Source of the DNA: a virus | Lineage: Duplodnaviria > Heunggongvirae > Uroviricota > Caudoviricetes | Direction: 5' to 3' (one strand) | IMG/VR virus record: IMGVR_UViG_2526164594_000016 | Coordinates: 1-18,162 of that record | DNA: 18,162 nt | In this document: piece after piece, positions 15,406 through 18,162 of the stretch | How positions within the stretch are numbered: position 1 is the stretch's first letter | Layout: the number at the start of each line of letters is the position of its first letter | Position numbers and translations under genes: made by a program | The notes under the pieces: generated by a model | Told to the model about the DNA's origin: nothing | The model's input: the letters and a program-made list of their open reading frames with translations, nothing else | Databases searched by the model: none

Positions 15406-15590
15406 CTTCAGCATTTGCACTGATGATGACGGTTTTTCTTATAACGGGTGAATCACAGAATGTGATTACCGGAATTTATGCCAGTAAAGAATCCTGCCTC
15501 CAGGCAAGAGACGAGCAAAAAATTTCTGGTGAATGCCTCCCGGTAAAAAAAGTATCGCTGTACCTGAATAACGAAACACCGGCTGGATAA
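15402..15590 (+). CDS. YdfD-like small membrane/lysis-type protein (62 aa)
   Basis: ATGA start/stop overlap with dicB; GGAG upstream; N-terminal hydrophobic segment FALMMTVFLITG. Confidence 0.55.
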   Translation: MTSAFALMMTVFLITGESQNVITGIYASKESCLQARDEQKISGECLPVKKVSLYLNNETPAG

Positions 15591-15682
15591 CCCTCCAGCC
15601 ATATTAACACCATACCAACGGATTAAAAATGCCAGCAATGGCAGGGATTTGTTCACCCTTAAATCTGTAATGAGGTTTATCA

Positions 15683-16927
15683 ATGAGCACTGATAAAGAA
15701 GAATTTGCGCTATATTGCGAAGCAAAAAATGACAAAGTCAGAAAACGTCTGGGAATTAAAGGTGGTTTTTACTGGACTACAGCAAAAAAATTATCTGTTG
15801 CCATCTCCCGCTGCATTACCGCAATGGATGACAACGATTATGATGAAGACGACTTTAAAAAACCCGTTCGCGTCCATTTACCCGTTGTGAATGACCTTCC
15901 ACCTGAAGGCGTGTTTGATACCGAATTCTGCAACCGATACGAAAAAGGCGGGGAAGATGGCATTACAATGGTATTTATCGCGCCCTCTCCCTCCGTGCAG
16001 GAGAAACCAGCCAGTACTGACAATACCAACGTCAACGGCGAAGACATGACGGAGATTGAGGAGAATATGCTCCTGCCGGTTTCTGGTCAGGAGCTGCCCA
16101 TTCGCTGGCTTGCGCAACACGGCAGCGAAAAACCAGTAACGCACGTTGCACGGGAAGAACTTCAGGCATTACATATAGCACGGGCGGAAGAACTGCCGGC
16201 TGTTACTGCCCTGGCCATTTCTCACAAAACAAAGCTGCTCGACCCGCTGGAGATTCGCGACCTTCACAAACTGGTACGCGACACTGACAAAGTTTTCCCT
16301 AATCCCGGTAATTCAGACCTGGGACTGATAACTGCTTTTTTCGAGGCATACCTGGACGCTGACTACACTGATCGGGGTCTGCTGACAAAAGAGTGGATGA
16401 AAGGAAATCGTGTTTCGCGTATCACCCGTACGGCTTCCGGTGCAAATGCCGGTGGCGGGAACAAAACCGATCGCAATCCGAATTTAGTACACACCTTCGA
16501 TACGCTGGATGTGGAGATTGCAGCAGCCACACTTCCGATGGATTTTAATATTTATGAAATTCCGGGCAGCGTTTATCGTCGCGCAAAAGAAATCGTCCTG
16601 AAAAGAGAAAGTCCGTTCAAAGAATGGTCCGCAGCACTTCGCGCAACCCCGGGTATTCTGGACTATTCCCGCGCCGCTATTTTTGCACTTATCCGGAGCG
16701 CTCACCCTGAGTTTTATCACTACCCGGGACGCCTTCAGGGGTATATCAACGCCTACTTAACGGAGACTGATCACGAGAACCCCAGCAAGGAAACTCTCAC
16801 TGCTGCACGACATACACCGGAAAAAGATATCCTGGAAGAAGTTAACCGCGAACTGTCTGCTAAGCAGGAAACAGAAGAAGAAAATGATGAAGAAAAACCG
16901 CAACCATCTTGCGCAATGGCAGAATGA
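15683..16927 (+). CDS. Uncharacterised acidic protein (414 aa), YdfE-position gene
   Basis: GAGG 9 nt upstream of ATG; no catalytic motif recognised; stop overlaps the ATG of the integrase fragment. Confidence 0.6.
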   Translation: MSTDKEEFALYCEAKNDKVRKRLGIKGGFYWTTAKKLSVAISRCITAMDDNDYDEDDFKKPVRVHLPVVNDLPPEGVFDTEFCNRYEKGGEDGITMVFIAPSPSVQEKPASTDNTNVNGEDMTEIEENMLLPVSGQELPIRWLAQHGSEKPVTHVAREELQALHIARAEELPAVTALAISHKTKLLDPLEIRDLHKLVRDTDKVFPNPGNSDLGLITAFFEAYLDADYTDRGLLTKEWMKGNRVSRITRTASGANAGGGNKTDRNPNLVHTFDTLDVEIAAATLPMDFNIYEIPGSVYRRAKEIVLKRESPFKEWSAALRATPGILDYSRAAIFALIRSAHPEFYHYPGRLQGYINAYLTETDHENPSKETLTAARHTPEKDILEEVNRELSAKQETEEENDEEKPQPSCAMAE

Positions 16928-17460
16928 TAATCAGAAGAAATCTGGCAAAAGACCGTTTTACAGTACCAAAAACACAGGCGGGAACCAATCGTGTGATTCA
17001 CCTTATTAAGCCCGCAATCGACGCTCTCCGGAGTCAGATGGCACTAACGAGACTGAGCAAAGAGCATATCATCGATGTTCACCTCAGAGAATTCGGCAGA
17101 ACAGAGAAACAAAAATGTACCTTTGTTTTTCAACCTGAAGTGTCAGCGAAAGTAAAAAATTATGGCGACCATTTTACCGTTGACTCAATAAGGCAGATGT
17201 GGGACGCAGCGGTAAAGCGTGCCGGAATCCGCCATCGCAAATCGTATCAGTCGAGACACACTTATGCCTGCTGGTCGTTAACAGCAGGAGCTAACCCGGC
17301 ATTCATTGCAAACCAGATGGGCCATGCAGATGCGCAAATGGTGTTTCAGGTGTACGGGAAATGGATGTCAGAAAATAATAATGCGCAGGTAACGCTGTTA
17401 AATACACAGTTAAGCGAGTTTGCCCCAACCATGCCCCATAACGAAGCGATGAAAAGTTAA
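16909..17460 (+). pseudogene. 5'-truncated tyrosine recombinase (phage integrase) C-terminal catalytic fragment
   Basis: Contains the beta-hairpin Lys region (VPKTQAGTNR), the RHTYA and GHAD…QVYGKW catalytic-domain motifs, but lacks the N-terminal half including the first catalytic Arg; first ATG at 16924. Confidence 0.7.
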
Positions 17461-17637
17461 TTTTTTATTTATCAATTAGTTAGATTGAATGACTCTTGAA
17501 ATCCATAATTCATAGATGTTTTTTACTATTCTGTGGGTTTTTGGGTGTTTTCTAAGTTTTTTCAGATGGTTGTATTTTTTCTAAAAATCCCTAATCTCGA
17601 TTTTGCTGTTTATTTGAGGCCTTTTTATGTCCCATAT

Positions 17638-17880
17638 ATGCCCCACAGATACCCCGCAGCCAAAATCAACAAAATGCCAAAAGGTTCTGTTCCTGCCCTG
17701 CAACAAGAAATGCTGCGACGTGTCAGTAAACGTTATGACGATGTAGAAGTGATCATCAAATCCACCAGCAACGATGGCCTTTCAGTTACTCGCACCGCCG
17801 ATAAAGATTCTGCAAAAACTTTTGTTCAGGAGACGCTGAAAGATACCTGGGAGTCTGCTGACGAGTGGTTTGTTCGCTAA
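17638..17880 (+). CDS. DinI-family (DinI/MsgA-like) protein, about 80 aa
   Basis: C-terminal [15 protein letters not shown] closely resembles DinI (ILQETWESADDWFV) from memory; start uncertain (ORF opens at 17533). Confidence 0.6.
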   Translation: MPHRYPAAKINKMPKGSVPALQQEMLRRVSKRYDDVEVIIKSTSNDGLSVTRTADKDSAKTFVQETLKDTWESADEWFVR

Positions 17881-18162
17881 TTAACGAGTAAAATCAGTAA
17901 CGGCTGGAAATCATTCAATACTCGCACTATCGAAAGTTCACCAGCCAACCGCAGCACGTTCTTGCATACGAGGTGCCGCGTTTTACATGCTGTACCGAGA
18001 ATTAATTTCATTTTACGAAAAGTTAACCCGCCATTGCTATCTTAATTTTTTAAAACGAAGTTACCTCTGTCAGAGTCAAAAGCACAATTATCTCTTCCTA
18101 CAATCATTGAAACTGCGATTGATTCCCTGCTCAAAGGATGAGCCGCCCTTGTTTTAACAAGA

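Larger units (their letters stand above)
118..17460. mobile_element. Lambdoid (Qin/Rac-like) prophage segment; neither prophage end is confidently inside the window
   Basis: Synteny of cI/cro immunity module, O/P replication genes with iteron origin, nin-like small genes, rusA, Q-like gene, phage tRNAs, NanS-p-type esterase, dicB/DicF operon and integrase fragment. Confidence 0.85.

Noticed and set aside
15838-16144. Minus-strand ORFs inside the 414-aa gene
   Set aside because: Antisense to a gene with a good ribosome-binding site; no independent support
16447-16464. Possible Walker A-like stretch (GANAGGGNKT) in the 414-aa protein
   Set aside because: Does not fit the G-x4-GK[ST] consensus; not treated as an NTPase
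17881-18162. Terminal 280 bp examined for att site, tRNA or small genes
   Set aside because: No ORF, no foldable tRNA and no repeat matching elsewhere in the window; cannot tell host from prophage DNA without flanking sequence

Overview
This 18.2 kb window is a segment of a lambdoid (Qin/Rac-like) enterobacterial prophage, read from sequence alone with no database search. The phage rightward/late genes lie on the minus strand: cro-like, ydaT-like (cII position), O-like replication gene with an internal iteron origin, P-like gene, a nin-like block of small translationally coupled genes, a hok type I toxin, a ygiW-like moron with its own terminator, a rem-position ORF, DUF968, rusA and a Q-like gene followed by an intrinsic terminator. 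Downstream of Q is a moron island (small wHTH ORF, AraC-family regulator, tRNA-Ile2, tRNA-Arg, TerB-like protein with a coupled hydrophobic peptide) and then a NanS-p-type esterase. On the plus strand, divergent from cro, an S24-type cI repressor heads a dicB-like operon (ydfA-like, 216-aa unknown, DicF sRNA, dicB, ydfD-like, 414-aa unknown) ending in a 5'-truncated integrase and a DinI-like gene. No CRISPR array, rRNA or IS transposase was seen. The best candidates for an undescribed system are the uncharacterised cargo next to the repressor (13559-14664), the TerB-like pair (2282-2907), the 414-aa protein next to the integrase remnant (15683-16927) and the coupled small-gene block (8449-9727). 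Family names and K-12 comparisons are from memory; functional assignments for the unknowns are inference.
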